Shown here piece by piece: positions 29,414 to 40,153 of a stretch of DNA of 64,000 nt. The notes beneath the pieces were generated by a model, which had not been told where the DNA came from, did not search any database, and worked only from the letters and a program-made list of their open reading frames with translations. The position numbers and the translations under genes are program-made. This DNA comes from Candidatus Cloacimonadales bacterium (GTDB taxonomy: Bacteria; Cloacimonadota; Cloacimonadia; Cloacimonadales; JAFGVF01): contig OY759729.1 in assembly GCA_963662585.1 (NCBI GenBank), positions 1,792,001 through 1,856,000 on the forward strand. The letters are read 5' to 3'. How positions within the stretch are numbered: position 1 is the stretch's first letter; each line of letters starts with the position of its first letter.

Positions 29414-31720
29414 ATGGCTTATAAAAATAGATTAGTAGAATTGTTGAACAATGCTAATGAAACAGATTCTATGGACCCTGAGACTAAATTAAAAAATGTA
29501 CTAGAACTATATTCAGAGATAAAGGATAGTGATGACTATGAATCAATAGGGAAGTTATGCAAACTTATAGGGACAATTTATCTTCAGAATGGTCATTCCG
29601 AAAAATCTGCAAATTATTATCAGCAAGCAATCGCTAATTTTAAGCTAGTAAATAGTTATAGTGATTTAGGCAATGTATATAACAATTTAGTAATAACTGC
29701 TTACTATCAAAATACTTTTAATAAGATTGAAGAGTATAGCAATTTAGCCTTAGAGAATTTTGAAAAAGCTGGTGTTGCAAGTGGGGTAATTGCAGTAACT
29801 AATAATTTAGCTAAGTATTATAGAAATATTCAGGCCTTTGATAAAGCTTATTCATTATTAAAAAAGACTCTTAGTGATTATGGTAAATTATTGGATGATG
29901 AAAGTAGAGTAGTAATGCGAGCAAACTATGGTAATGTGTGTATAAACCTTGGAAATATTGATGAGGGACTTAATATCTTAAAAGAGATTTCTCAAGAAGT
30001 TGATGGTAGTAGGAATTTTCAAGGTATGGCTATTGTTAATCTTTATTTAGCTGAATATTATGAATCTATTGGTGATTATAAAAGTGCTTTGAGTAGTTAC
30101 AAGAGAAGGTACACAAGTGCAATAGTTGGTAGGCAAGAAGAAATTAACTCTGAACTGAATAAATATTTAAACTCTTTCAATATGGATATTGACAGACTTC
30201 AATATGATAGAATGGTAAAGCAGAATGAAAAATTAATAAATGATCACAAAGCAGCCACAAAAAAGAATGGTTTCTTAGAAACTTTGATTAATACAATTCC
30301 TTTACCTCTATTTTACTGTGATTTAGATTATTATTATCTTGGATGTAATGATGCACTTGCCAAATACTTTGACATTACAAAGAAAGATATCATAGGTAGG
30401 CGGGTCGGATTTACTCTGACCAAAGATAAAGAGGTCAACTATATTGCTAAGAAAATATTAGAATTAAAAGAGCAAAAAGAACCAGTCCAATTTGTTACTA
30501 AATTAACTAAACATGGTAATGATAAAAGGACTGTTGAGCTTTTCTTTAGTCTGTTTTATAATGATGATGGAGAAGTAGCTGGAATATTAGGGATGATTAA
30601 AGATATTACTCAAGAGAAAAAACAGCAGTATGAGATTAAAGAGTTAAATGCTCATTTGAAGTCTGTTTTGGAGAGTGCTTCTCAAGTATATATCTGTTCC
30701 ATAGATAGGAATTATAAGTACAAGTATTTTAATAAAAACTATGCAAAATCAGTTAAAAGGCATATTGGAAAAGTAATTGATAAAGGTAGTAGCTATTTTG
30801 AGAGATATCAAACTGAAACAGAGATAAGAGATAAACATAAATTACTTGATAAAGTCTTTGCTGGTGAAGTTATCTCTGGTATTCGAGAATATAATGATGT
30901 TAATCCACCTGAAATTCTTCAATACTATTACTCACCAATTATTGAAGAAGGTGGCCAGATTATTGGGGCAACTGTCTTTTCTTATGATATAACAGAGCGA
31001 GTATTAGCTCAGAGAGAACTAGCTCTTTCTAACAAGACTAAGGATAAATTCTTTTCAATTATCGCTCATGATTTACGCTCTCCTATTGGAAATATTAAAT
31101 CTGCTTTAGAATTCATCACCACTGAAGAAGAGTTATCAAATAGTGAGATGATGGAGTTACTAGAAAAGCTATCAGGTTCAGCAATGAATACTTACGATTT
31201 ATTAGAGAATCTACTACAATGGTCATTAACCCAGAGAGGACTTATAGAAAATAACTCTACTTATCATTGGCTTTCTAATTTATGCGAAAAAGTGATAAAA
31301 CTTTCCCTAAACATAGCTCATAGCAAGAACATAAATATTGAAGTTATTTGTTCTGAAGAGATAAAAGTTTTTGTAGATAAAAATATGTTCTTTACTATTC
31401 TAAGAAATCTTCTAAATAACGCAATTAAGTACTCTTATGAAAATACTACTATTTTTGTTAAAGTAGAAAGTGATGATAATTTTGCAGTTATAAGAGTAAT
31501 TGATCATGGAATCGGGATTAAGCCAGAAGTAATACCTTATCTTAATCAAATGGATAAAACAGTTACTACTTATGGTACTGCTGGTGAAATTGGCTCAGGT
31601 TTAGGCTTGGTTTTATGTCATGAGTTAGTTGATAAATTAGGTGGAAGACTTTGGATCGAGAGTGAAGAAGGTAAAGGCTCTACCTTCAGTTTTACTGTAC
31701 CAGTAAAAGAGAGTTATTAA
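29414..31720 (+). CDS. TPR/PAS-domain sensor histidine kinase
   Basis: TPR-like N-terminus, two PAS-like regions, IAHDLRSP H-box, NLLNNAIKYS, DHGIG, GSGLGL. Confidence 0.9.
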   Translation: MAYKNRLVELLNNANETDSMDPETKLKNVLELYSEIKDSDDYESIGKLCKLIGTIYLQNGHSEKSANYYQQAIANFKLVNSYSDLGNVYNNLVITAYYQNTFNKIEEYSNLALENFEKAGVASGVIAVTNNLAKYYRNIQAFDKAYSLLKKTLSDYGKLLDDESRVVMRANYGNVCINLGNIDEGLNILKEISQEVDGSRNFQGMAIVNLYLAEYYESIGDYKSALSSYKRRYTSAIVGRQEEINSELNKYLNSFNMDIDRLQYDRMVKQNEKLINDHKAATKKNGFLETLINTIPLPLFYCDLDYYYLGCNDALAKYFDITKKDIIGRRVGFTLTKDKEVNYIAKKILELKEQKEPVQFVTKLTKHGNDKRTVELFFSLFYNDDGEVAGILGMIKDITQEKKQQYEIKELNAHLKSVLESASQVYICSIDRNYKYKYFNKNYAKSVKRHIGKVIDKGSSYFERYQTETEIRDKHKLLDKVFAGEVISGIREYNDVNPPEILQYYYSPIIEEGGQIIGATVFSYDITERVLAQRELALSNKTKDKFFSIIAHDLRSPIGNIKSALEFITTEEELSNSEMMELLEKLSGSAMNTYDLLENLLQWSLTQRGLIENNSTYHWLSNLCEKVIKLSLNIAHSKNINIEVICSEEIKVFVDKNMFFTILRNLLNNAIKYSYENTTIFVKVESDDNFAVIRVIDHGIGIKPEVIPYLNQMDKTVTTYGTAGEIGSGLGLVLCHELVDKLGGRLWIESEEGKGSTFSFTVPVKESY

Positions 31721-32128
31721 TTGGAGACAGTTTGTGTTAGATTAACCCCAGGTTCAAAGCTGAGGGAATCAATTTATCAGATAGCTAAAGAAGGAAATAT
31801 AAAGGCTGGGATAGTTTTAACTTGTGTAGGAAGTTTGCAAGAGCTTAATATCCGCTTAGCTGGAGCAAATCATAAAATCTCCAATCATGACAAGTATGAA
31901 ATAGTATCTTTAGTCGGAACATTTAACCAACTAGATCAGGGACATTTTCATATCTCTGTTGCAGATAGGAAAGGAAATTGTTATGGAGGACATCTTTTGG
32001 AAGATAATATAGTAGCTACAACAATAGAATTAGTGTTAGGTATTTTACCTGGAAAACAATTTTTGAGAAAAACAGACCCTGAAACAGGATATTTAGAGTT
32101 AGTAATAGAAGATGATATACTTAGATAA
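31721..32128 (+). CDS. PPC/DUF296 domain protein
   Basis: RLTPG, CVGSL, EIVSLVGT, HFHISV, GGHL. Confidence 0.85.
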   Translation: METVCVRLTPGSKLRESIYQIAKEGNIKAGIVLTCVGSLQELNIRLAGANHKISNHDKYEIVSLVGTFNQLDQGHFHISVADRKGNCYGGHLLEDNIVATTIELVLGILPGKQFLRKTDPETGYLELVIEDDILR

Positions 32129-33266
32129 TGCGGCTACATCATTTCCTAAAGCACCTGGCCTTGCAGAAGGAATTGCTTGGCATCTTAACAATATTGCTGG
32201 AAATACTGGTCGCTCTTCCTATAGAGCTTCTGTTCATAATTCTATAATGATTTATGAAGCTAGGGAGAAGTTAGCTGACTTGCTTCATTGCTCAGATAGC
32301 TCTAGAATAATTTTTACAAATAATGCTACCCACTCTTTAAATATGGTAATTTTAGGAAGTATAAAAGAAGGGGAGAGGATTTTAGTTTCTCCTTTAGAAC
32401 ACAATTCAGTAATGCGTCCTTTATCCTACCTCAAGCAGAATAAAAATATTGAAATATTAACTTATAAATTAACTGATAATTTAGAAATAGATTGGACTGA
32501 TTTCCACTTTCAGCTCAAGAATAACAAAATTGACAGAGTGGTAACTACTATTTCTTCTAATGTTACCGGGACTATTTTTCCTTTAGAGAAAATTAGTGAA
32601 CTTTGTACTCAGTATAATATCCCCCTTCTAGTAGATGCTGCTCAATTTATTGGCTATGAAGAACTAGACTTAAGTAAAATGAATGTTAGTGCTCTTTGTT
32701 TTCCTGGTCATAAAGGCTTATTAGGACCAAGTGGTACTGGAGCTTTATGGTTTAAGGAAGATTATGATTTTCAAGCCCTTACTTTTGGTGGGACTGGCTC
32801 TAAATCAGATTCAATTCTCCAACCAGATTTCCTTCCTGATAAATATGAAAGTGGGACTTTGAATATTAGTGGTATTTATGGATTGTCTCTTGCTTTAGAT
32901 TATCTAAAAAAGAAAGGGATAAGCAATATAAGAAAAGAAAGAAAAGAAATCACCCACTATATACTTCAAAGAATGAATGAAATTGATGAAGCTATTATCT
33001 ACAGTAATTCTGATTTAGATAGACAGATAGGGGTAATTTCCTTTAACCTGAAAAATATACCTTCTTCTGATGTAACTCTACACTTAGATAGAAAAGATAT
33101 TGCGGTCAGAATGGGATTGCATTGTTCTCCCCAAGCCCATAAATTCCTGGGCACTTTAGAGTTAGGTGGAACTGTGAGGATTAGTCCAAGTTCCTTCACA
33201 ACATCAGATGAGATTGATAAAACTATTGAAACATTAAAAGAGATTATTTATGGATTTAAAATTTAA
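32112..33266 (+). CDS. Cysteine desulfurase-family aminotransferase class V
   Basis: YLDNAATS, EHNSV, DAAQ, GHKGLLGP, RMGLHC. Confidence 0.9.
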   Translation: MIYLDNAATSFPKAPGLAEGIAWHLNNIAGNTGRSSYRASVHNSIMIYEAREKLADLLHCSDSSRIIFTNNATHSLNMVILGSIKEGERILVSPLEHNSVMRPLSYLKQNKNIEILTYKLTDNLEIDWTDFHFQLKNNKIDRVVTTISSNVTGTIFPLEKISELCTQYNIPLLVDAAQFIGYEELDLSKMNVSALCFPGHKGLLGPSGTGALWFKEDYDFQALTFGGTGSKSDSILQPDFLPDKYESGTLNISGIYGLSLALDYLKKKGISNIRKERKEITHYILQRMNEIDEAIIYSNSDLDRQIGVISFNLKNIPSSDVTLHLDRKDIAVRMGLHCSPQAHKFLGTLELGGTVRISPSSFTTSDEIDKTIETLKEIIYGFKI

Positions 33267-34299
33267 AGTTAAAAAGCTTACTGATTACAGTAAGTACTCC
33301 GGCTGAGGAGCTAAATTGAGTCCAGAGGTTCTGGATAGAGCTTTGTCAGGTATGGTGCAAGCCCATTACCCTAACTTACTGCTTGATTATTCTCATGCTG
33401 AAGATGCAGGTGTTTATCTCATAAATGAGGACTTAGCCATTGTGCAAACTTTGGACTTCTTCCCACCAATTGTAGATGACCCTTATCATTTTGGACAGAT
33501 TGCTGCCTGTAATGCTCTTTCTGATATCTACGCCATGGGAGGAATACCTAAAACTGCTATGAGTATTGTCTGTTTCCCTGATGATACTCTCGATATTGGT
33601 ATTCTTAGAGAAATAATGCAAGGAGCCTTGAGTATCTTAACAGAGGCGGAAACAGCTCTTGTAGGTGGGCATAGTATTAGTGATAGTGATATTAAATTTG
33701 GACTTTCAGTAACGGGTTTTGTTAATCCTAAAAAAATAATTAAGAATAATACACCGCGAGATAAGGATGTAATTATTGTTACTAAACCTATCGGAACAGG
33801 GATTATTAATACTGTGTTAAAAGCAGATATGGCTTCACCTAAATTGATAGACTTGTCAATAAAATACATGACTCAACTCAACAAGAAGGCAGCTGAAATT
33901 GCTTTAAAATATGATATATCATGCGGGACAGATATTACAGGATTTGGTCTCTTAGGCCATCTAGTGGAAATGATTCAAGACTCTTCACTTGGTGCTTTAA
34001 TTCAATATGAGAAGATTAATGTTTTGCCTGAAGTTTTAGATTTTGCTGAAATGGGACTAGTTCCTGCTGGAGCTTATAATAACAAAAATTATAGAAGCTG
34101 TTTTATAAATAATTTTGCTAATCACCCTGCGGAAAAAATGGATATTCTTTTTGATCCTCAAACTTCAGGAGGGCTTATGTTAGGAGTAAATCCTGAACAA
34201 GCAGAATTAATGCTCAAAGAATTACTTGAAGCTGGGATTGATGCCTATATTTGTGGTAAGTTTAGCTCTAGTATTTCTAAGATAGAGGTTGAGTTTTAA
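33250..34299 (+). CDS. selD: Selenide, water dikinase with in-frame UGA (selenocysteine at codon 19)
   Basis: MDLKFKVKKLTDYSKYSG-TGA(33304)-GAKL continues in frame into EDAGVY, DFFPP, NALSDIYAMGG, GGHS, DPQTSGGL. Confidence 0.93.
33308..33343 (+). promoter_or_regulatory. Putative bacterial SECIS element
   Basis: TCCAGA-GGT-TCTGGA hairpin (33321-33335) starting 14 nt after the UGA. Confidence 0.7.
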
Positions 34300-34538
34300 T
34301 GCAGTTCGTGATTACCTTTCCTTCTTCTCATAATGCTATGCAGGCTAATAAGATATTCTCTTCTAGTGATATAAAATGTGAAATAATTCCTACTCCTAGG
34401 CAAATAAGTTCAGAGTGCGGTTTCGCTATCTTAGGTGAGATTGAAGATATAATAGATTTGACAGAATTTAGCTCGATAAATAAACTAAAAATTGATAAAA
34501 TATATATAAAGAGAGGGGAGATTTATGAAGAGTGTTGA
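34299..34538 (+). CDS. DUF3343-type small protein
   Basis: ITFPSSHNAM and IIPTPRQISSECGFAI signature; lies in the selD cluster. Confidence 0.8.
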   Translation: MQFVITFPSSHNAMQANKIFSSSDIKCEIIPTPRQISSECGFAILGEIEDIIDLTEFSSINKLKIDKIYIKRGEIYEEC

Positions 34539-35142
34539 TGGCAGAAAACTAGCTTGTCCAAAGCCTGTTTTGTTAACCAAAGAAGCAATTAGTGATGAAT
34601 CAACTAATCAAGTTGAAGTGATTGTAGATAACTCTGCAGCCTTAGAGAATGTTAAAAGATTTCTTGTGAAATTTGGTTTTGAGGTTAAGGATGTTCAGCA
34701 GAAGGCTAATGACTATCATATTTTTGCTGATAGACTGGAAATTATTGACTCTGACTCCGAATTCGATGTTAATGAATATCCTTGTCCTGTGCCAAATACC
34801 GCAAATAAAGGGAAAACAATATTTATTAAGAGTGAATTCCTAGGTATCGGAGATGATAAACTAGGTGCTTTACTTATGAAAGCATTCATCTATACTTTGA
34901 ATGAAGTTGATAACCAACCAGTGAGGCTTCTCTTTATGAATTCAGGAGTAAAACTCTGTATTGAGAATGCAATTACTCTTGATAATTTGCAAAAATTAGA
35001 AGAGAAAGGTGTGGATATTTTAGTTTGTGGTACTTGCTTAGATTTCTTTGGATTATCAGACAAATTAAAAGTTGGCAAAGTATCAAATATGTACGATATA
35101 GCTGGAAGTCTTACTAGCGACAAGGATGTGGTAACTATTTAA
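34525..35142 (+). CDS. yedF: Selenium metabolism protein YedF (SirA/TusA + DsrE-like)
   Basis: DGRKLACPKPV, FMNSGV, CGTCLDFF, VSNMYDI. Confidence 0.88.
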   Translation: MKSVDGRKLACPKPVLLTKEAISDESTNQVEVIVDNSAALENVKRFLVKFGFEVKDVQQKANDYHIFADRLEIIDSDSEFDVNEYPCPVPNTANKGKTIFIKSEFLGIGDDKLGALLMKAFIYTLNEVDNQPVRLLFMNSGVKLCIENAITLDNLQKLEEKGVDILVCGTCLDFFGLSDKLKVGKVSNMYDIAGSLTSDKDVVTI

Positions 35143-35188
35143 TGATTTAAAAGACAAAATCTTGGTCAAAGCAAATATAATTATGATT

Positions 35189-35217
35189 AGGGCAAACTTC
35201 AGTGATTGCCCTTTTTT
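35189..35217. terminator. Terminator between convergent genes
   Basis: AGGGCAA...TTGCCCT plus a T tract. Confidence 0.7.
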
Positions 35218-37558
35218 ATAGCTTCTTTTTAATTTTATAAGCTCTTTCTAATATAATGGTTAAGTGTTTAATGTTAATAGGTTTACTAATATAGTTATCC
35301 ATCCCTGCATCTAGATATTTGCTTTCATCTTCTGTTTTAGCATTCGCAGTAACTGCAACAATATATGGTTGAAGAAGGTCTTTCTTTTCTCTAATTAATT
35401 CCATAGCCTTCACCCCGTTCATAACTGGCATTTCAACATCCATTAAGATAATATCATAAATGTTGTTTATTGCTTTCTCATAAGCCTCTTTGCCATTATT
35501 GACTAAAGTAGGTAGATATCCAAGTTTTTTAAGGATAGCTATAATTAATTTTTGATTAATTTTATTATCTTCAGCAATTAAAATTTTAAGTGGGTAGTGT
35601 TTAGCAAAATCTTTATCAAATTTAAAGTGTGTAGAAATAGTTTGGTCTATCTTTTTAATATTTTCTTCAGTAGAAGGAGAAATATTTAATTCTACTGTGA
35701 AAGTTGAGCCTCGCCCGTATTTACTTTTAACATAAACTTTACCTTGCATTGCATCAACTAATCTTTTAACAATAGCTAGACCTAAACCCGTTCCACCGGT
35801 TTGATTTGTTATTGATGATTTAGTTTGGGTAAAAGGTTCAAAGAGGTTCTTTAAATCTTCATTTTTTATCCCAATTCCAGTATCTTGAATAGAGAATCTA
35901 TAATAGTTTTCTTGGATCATTTTTTCGAAAGTAATTTCTATGCCACCTGTATCAGTGAATTTTACGGCATTATAGATAATATTCAACAATATCTGCTTAA
36001 TTCTGATTTTGTCTCCATAAAAAAAGTTCTTCCCTTCTTTGTCATAGACAAATTTTATATATAGTCCTTTTTCTCTAATTCTAGAAATTACGATTGTTTC
36101 TATTTCGTGAAAAAGTTCGACTATTGAGAAGTTAGACTTTATAAGAGAGAAATTTGTTGATTCAAGTTTAGAAAAGTCTAAGACATCGTTAATAACCTCG
36201 AGTAATGTTCTTCCAGAAATTTTGATAGAGTTAACAAAATCTTCTTGTTCTGCGTCAAGATGAGTATCCCTTAATAGGTCAGTCATTCCTAAAATACCAT
36301 TGAGGGGAGTTCTGATCTCATGGCTCATTGTTGCTAAGAATTGACTTTTAGCAATATTCGCCGTTTCAGCTCTTTCTGTTTCTAATTTCAATTTATTTTG
36401 AAATTCAATAAATCGAGTGATATCCCGGGAAATAATGGAAATTCCCACTACTTCATCGTTAAATACGATAGGGCTTGAAGAGAGCTCTCTGTAAATGGTT
36501 TTATTATCAACTTTTACCACAATATTCTTTTTCCTGCTACTCCCTTGAAAAGCATTTTCTATGAAACTTCTATGAGCTTCTAACTTGCTAGCTTCTTTAT
36601 GAAGATAGAGGTTTAAACCAATTTCTATTTTAAAACCATACTCTCTAAGAAGATGTTCTTGATAAGATTTATTGAAATAAACAACATTTCCCAGAATATC
36701 TAAAGAGATGATCATTTCATCAATACTTTCAAGGAGAGAGTTAAGGTAGAGTTTTGTTTTAGTTAACTCTGAATGGGTCTTAATTTCATCATCTATGTCT
36801 CTGTAAATAGCATATAATCCGAAAGAACCATCTGGGAATCTAATTCTAGTACTCACTAAAGAGACATTCTTGGGATGTCCATCCTTGTGATATCTGATTA
36901 GGTTAATTTTAATAGTTTCTTGTGTTTCTAAGTCACGGTTAATTTTTTTACCAGCTTCTCGATCTTCAATTGAACAAATTGCATCATCAATAGATTTGCC
37001 AATTAAATCATCAGGCGTGTACCCAAAAATTTTAGTGAACATTGGATTTATACTAACAACATAACCATCTTCAGAGGTAAGAGCAATTGCTTCAGGAGCA
37101 TTTTCGAAAAGTGTCTTGAACATTACCTCTTGTTTAGCAAGTTGATCTTCAATTAAATGAGTTTTAAAACTTGTTCTGGAGTTATCTATAATTGATTTAA
37201 TAGCTATTGGTAGGCGAAAAGAGAATTTAGCATCACTTAAACTATAATCTTTAACCCCTAGTTCAAGAAGATGCTTTATATCACCAACTTTAGTCCTTTC
37301 GACAAAGGCGAATATTGGTACTTGCGGTCTTAGGGAATTTAAAAAGGTGATAATTTGCTCACTTTTTCCCCAAGTGATATTGCAATAAAGAATCGCAATA
37401 TCGAAAGCGTTACTTTCGAAAATACTTTTAAACTCTTGCCAAGCCTGAACGCTAGAAATTATTGATTCTGGGAAATCAGTATTAAGTCGTTCTTTAGCAA
37501 TAACTAAGTCCTGATTATTTTCGTGAATGATTAAAAATTTATATATTTCTCTTTTCAT
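35216..37558 (-). CDS. Hybrid PAS sensor histidine kinase/response regulator
   Basis: MSHEIRTPLNG, NAVKFT, GGTGLGL, C-terminal receiver (AEDN, LMDVEMP, SKP). Confidence 0.92.
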   Translation of the reverse strand: MKREIYKFLIIHENNQDLVIAKERLNTDFPESIISSVQAWQEFKSIFESNAFDIAILYCNITWGKSEQIITFLNSLRPQVPIFAFVERTKVGDIKHLLELGVKDYSLSDAKFSFRLPIAIKSIIDNSRTSFKTHLIEDQLAKQEVMFKTLFENAPEAIALTSEDGYVVSINPMFTKIFGYTPDDLIGKSIDDAICSIEDREAGKKINRDLETQETIKINLIRYHKDGHPKNVSLVSTRIRFPDGSFGLYAIYRDIDDEIKTHSELTKTKLYLNSLLESIDEMIISLDILGNVVYFNKSYQEHLLREYGFKIEIGLNLYLHKEASKLEAHRSFIENAFQGSSRKKNIVVKVDNKTIYRELSSSPIVFNDEVVGISIISRDITRFIEFQNKLKLETERAETANIAKSQFLATMSHEIRTPLNGILGMTDLLRDTHLDAEQEDFVNSIKISGRTLLEVINDVLDFSKLESTNFSLIKSNFSIVELFHEIETIVISRIREKGLYIKFVYDKEGKNFFYGDKIRIKQILLNIIYNAVKFTDTGGIEITFEKMIQENYYRFSIQDTGIGIKNEDLKNLFEPFTQTKSSITNQTGGTGLGLAIVKRLVDAMQGKVYVKSKYGRGSTFTVELNISPSTEENIKKIDQTISTHFKFDKDFAKHYPLKILIAEDNKINQKLIIAILKKLGYLPTLVNNGKEAYEKAINNIYDIILMDVEMPVMNGVKAMELIREKKDLLQPYIVAVTANAKTEDESKYLDAGMDNYISKPINIKHLTIILERAYKIKKKL

Positions 37559-37663
37559 ATTAATAAAAATAAACTATATTGTATTTTAGTCAATCTAAAA
37601 AAGAAAAAAATATAAAAAAAGTAATAGATTGAGAAAAAAATAAGATTAGAATAAGGAGTCTCT

Positions 37664-38581
37664 ATGAAAAGAGGAGTGTTTTTTTTAATTGCGATAACAA
37701 TAATATCAGTTTTTGCTTGTAGTAAAGATACTAAAGTTGAAGAGAATTATTTCGTAAGCATTTTACCACAAAAGTATTTTGTTGAGAGAGTAGTTGGTGA
37801 GATGTTTAATATCGAGGTACTTGTTAAGCCAGGAGAAAGTCCTGCTACTTATGAACCAACTACCAAACAGATGATTGGATTAAGTAAGGCTAAAGCTCTA
37901 TTTACTATTGGAGTGGCTTTTGAAGATAATTTAATTCCAAAACTTAAAGAACAATATCCTAAGCTAGGAATAGTAGCCACTGATAAAAATATTATTAAGC
38001 ATAATCCTGCTAGTTTTGTAGAAATTTTTGCAGAGGAAGATCATACTTCTCATCAGCATAATGAAGAAATGGATGAACACCACCACCATGAAGGATTAGA
38101 TCCGCATATTTGGCTAAGTCCCGACCTAGTAAAAATACAAGTAACTAATATTGCAGATTATTTTATCAGAGCATATCCAGAGGAAAAGTCTTATTTTGAA
38201 AAGAATAGGGATGCCTTTATTGCGGAATTAGATGAGGTCTCTCAAGAGATAAAACAAATATTTATAAATAAAGAAAGCAGAGAATTTTTATGTTTTCATC
38301 CTGCTTGGGGATATTTTGCTGATCAATTTAATTTGAAACAGATTCCTATTGAAATAGAAGGGAAAGAGCCAACCCCTAGAGAACAAGAACAGATTATAGA
38401 ATTCGCTCAAACTCAAGGAATTAAATTTATTTTTGTACAGGCCCAGTTTGATCAAAGAGTCGCATCTTCAATAGCAGAACAAATTTCTGGTTCAGTAATT
38501 TTGATTGACCCTTTAGCTGAAAATTATTTAGTTAACTTAAAAAATATCGCTATTAAATTAGCAGAAAGTATGGGAAAATGA
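37664..38581 (+). CDS. znuA: Zn/Mn ABC transporter substrate-binding lipoprotein
   Basis: Lipobox FAC, His-rich loop, DPHIWLSP, FHPAWGYF. Confidence 0.88.
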   Translation: MKRGVFFLIAITIISVFACSKDTKVEENYFVSILPQKYFVERVVGEMFNIEVLVKPGESPATYEPTTKQMIGLSKAKALFTIGVAFEDNLIPKLKEQYPKLGIVATDKNIIKHNPASFVEIFAEEDHTSHQHNEEMDEHHHHEGLDPHIWLSPDLVKIQVTNIADYFIRAYPEEKSYFEKNRDAFIAELDEVSQEIKQIFINKESREFLCFHPAWGYFADQFNLKQIPIEIEGKEPTPREQEQIIEFAQTQGIKFIFVQAQFDQRVASSIAEQISGSVILIDPLAENYLVNLKNIAIKLAESMGK

Positions 38582-39306
38582 ATGTAATTGAATTTGAAGA
38601 TGTAGATTTTAACTATGATAACAGTCCAGCATTAATAGATATAAATTTTTCTATTGATAGTAATGATTTTGTAGCTATAGTTGGACCTAACGGAGGGGGC
38701 AAGTCAACACTGCTTAAGTTAATTCTTGCCCAGTTATCCCCTTCAAAGGGAACAATAAGCGTGTTTGGAGAGAAGAACTATAAGTCTTTAGAGAAACTAG
38801 GTTATGTTCCTCAATTCACTACTCATCAACATGATTTTCCATTAAGGTTGATGGATATGGTTTTACAGGGTCGGCTTAGAAGCAACTCTCTCTTTGTTAG
38901 ACATTCCCGAGAGGATAAGAGAAGAGCAACTGAAATATTAGAAATGCTTAAGATTGGTGAATTTAAAGATAGGTTCTTGTCAGAACTATCAGGAGGGCAG
39001 AGACAAAGGGCTCTAATTGCTCGAGCTTTAATTGATGACCCAGAAATCTTAATTTTAGATGAGCCTACTGCTTCTGTAGATATCTCAGTTGAACAAGATA
39101 TTTATGATATTTTGAAGAATTTAAACAAGAATATGACTATTTTGTTGGTTACTCATGATGTTAGTTTTGTCTCTAAATATGTAAATAAGGTATTTTGTGT
39201 TAATAGATATCTTCATGCTCATCAGTTGGATGAATTAACAGATACTAATGCTCAGGAAGTATATAATAAATCAATGAAAATGATAAAACATCAGTGTGGA
39301 TTATAA
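38578..39306 (+). CDS. znuC: Metal ABC transporter ATP-binding protein
   Basis: GPNGGGKST, LSGGQRQR, ILDEP. Confidence 0.88.
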   Translation: MNVIEFEDVDFNYDNSPALIDINFSIDSNDFVAIVGPNGGGKSTLLKLILAQLSPSKGTISVFGEKNYKSLEKLGYVPQFTTHQHDFPLRLMDMVLQGRLRSNSLFVRHSREDKRRATEILEMLKIGEFKDRFLSELSGGQRQRALIARALIDDPEILILDEPTASVDISVEQDIYDILKNLNKNMTILLVTHDVSFVSKYVNKVFCVNRYLHAHQLDELTDTNAQEVYNKSMKMIKHQCGL

Positions 39307-39307
39307 G

Positions 39308-40114
39308 ATGGAATTTTTTGAATCACTATTCACTGTCTCATTTCTAAGAAATGCCTTATTAGCTGGATTAATGGCCAGCATTGTTTGCGGAGTTACTGGA
39401 AGCTTGGTTGTAGTTAAAAGAATATCTTTCGTTAGTGGAGCAATTGCTCATTCAGTTTTAGGTGGCATAGGAATAGCTTATTTCTTGAATATTTCTCCTA
39501 CGATTGGGGCCTTTGTTTTTGCTATATTGGCTGCTATTTTAATTAGTATTATTAAACAGAAGAAGAAGCAAAACGAAGATACTGTTTTAAGCGCTTTTTG
39601 GGCTGTGGGTATGGCTATAGGTATCATATTTATGTCAATGACTCCTGGTTATAACTCCAATCTAATGAGTTATCTTTTTGGGAACATACTTTTGGTTACC
39701 AACTCTGATCTTTGGTCTCTCTTGGCTTTGGTTTTTGTGATTGTCATTACAGTAGTAATATTTTACAGACAGTTCTTAGCAATGATTTTTGATGAAGAAT
39801 ATGCCCGGTTAAAGAAAATAAAGGTAAATTTTCTCTACACTCTTTTACTTATCTTGATTTCGCTTAGTGTAGTTATTCTTATTAGAGTAGTTGGTATTAT
39901 TCTGGTCATTGCACTTCTTACCCTACCAGCAGCTATTTCAAGATTATTTAATCGTTCTATTGGGGGGATGATGTTCTGGGCTTCAATTTTGGGACTAGTT
40001 TTCACCTTTCTTGGTCTGTGGTTATCATATTTACTAAATCTTCCTACAGGCTCTGTGATCATCGTTTTAGCTGGCATAAGCTATATTATAGGTGCTTTTG
40101 CTGTAAAGAAATAG
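39308..40114 (+). CDS. znuB: Metal ABC transporter permease
   Basis: AIAHSVLGG, YLFGNIL, VGIILVIALLTLP. Confidence 0.88.
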   Translation: MEFFESLFTVSFLRNALLAGLMASIVCGVTGSLVVVKRISFVSGAIAHSVLGGIGIAYFLNISPTIGAFVFAILAAILISIIKQKKKQNEDTVLSAFWAVGMAIGIIFMSMTPGYNSNLMSYLFGNILLVTNSDLWSLLALVFVIVITVVIFYRQFLAMIFDEEYARLKKIKVNFLYTLLLILISLSVVILIRVVGIILVIALLTLPAAISRLFNRSIGGMMFWASILGLVFTFLGLWLSYLLNLPTGSVIIVLAGISYIIGAFAVKK

Positions 40115-40133
40115 GGGTAGCTAACTACCCCTA
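40112..40133. terminator. Hairpin between convergent znuB and ptb
   Basis: TAGGGGTAG-CTAA-CTACCCCTA. Confidence 0.75.
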
Positions 40134-40153
40134 AAGTTATTATATTTTAACTA

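Noticed and set aside
33316..34299. selD starting at TTG 33316, or selD as a pseudogene
   Set aside because: That start omits the catalytic residue; UGA at the conserved position plus a SECIS-like hairpin indicates selenocysteine
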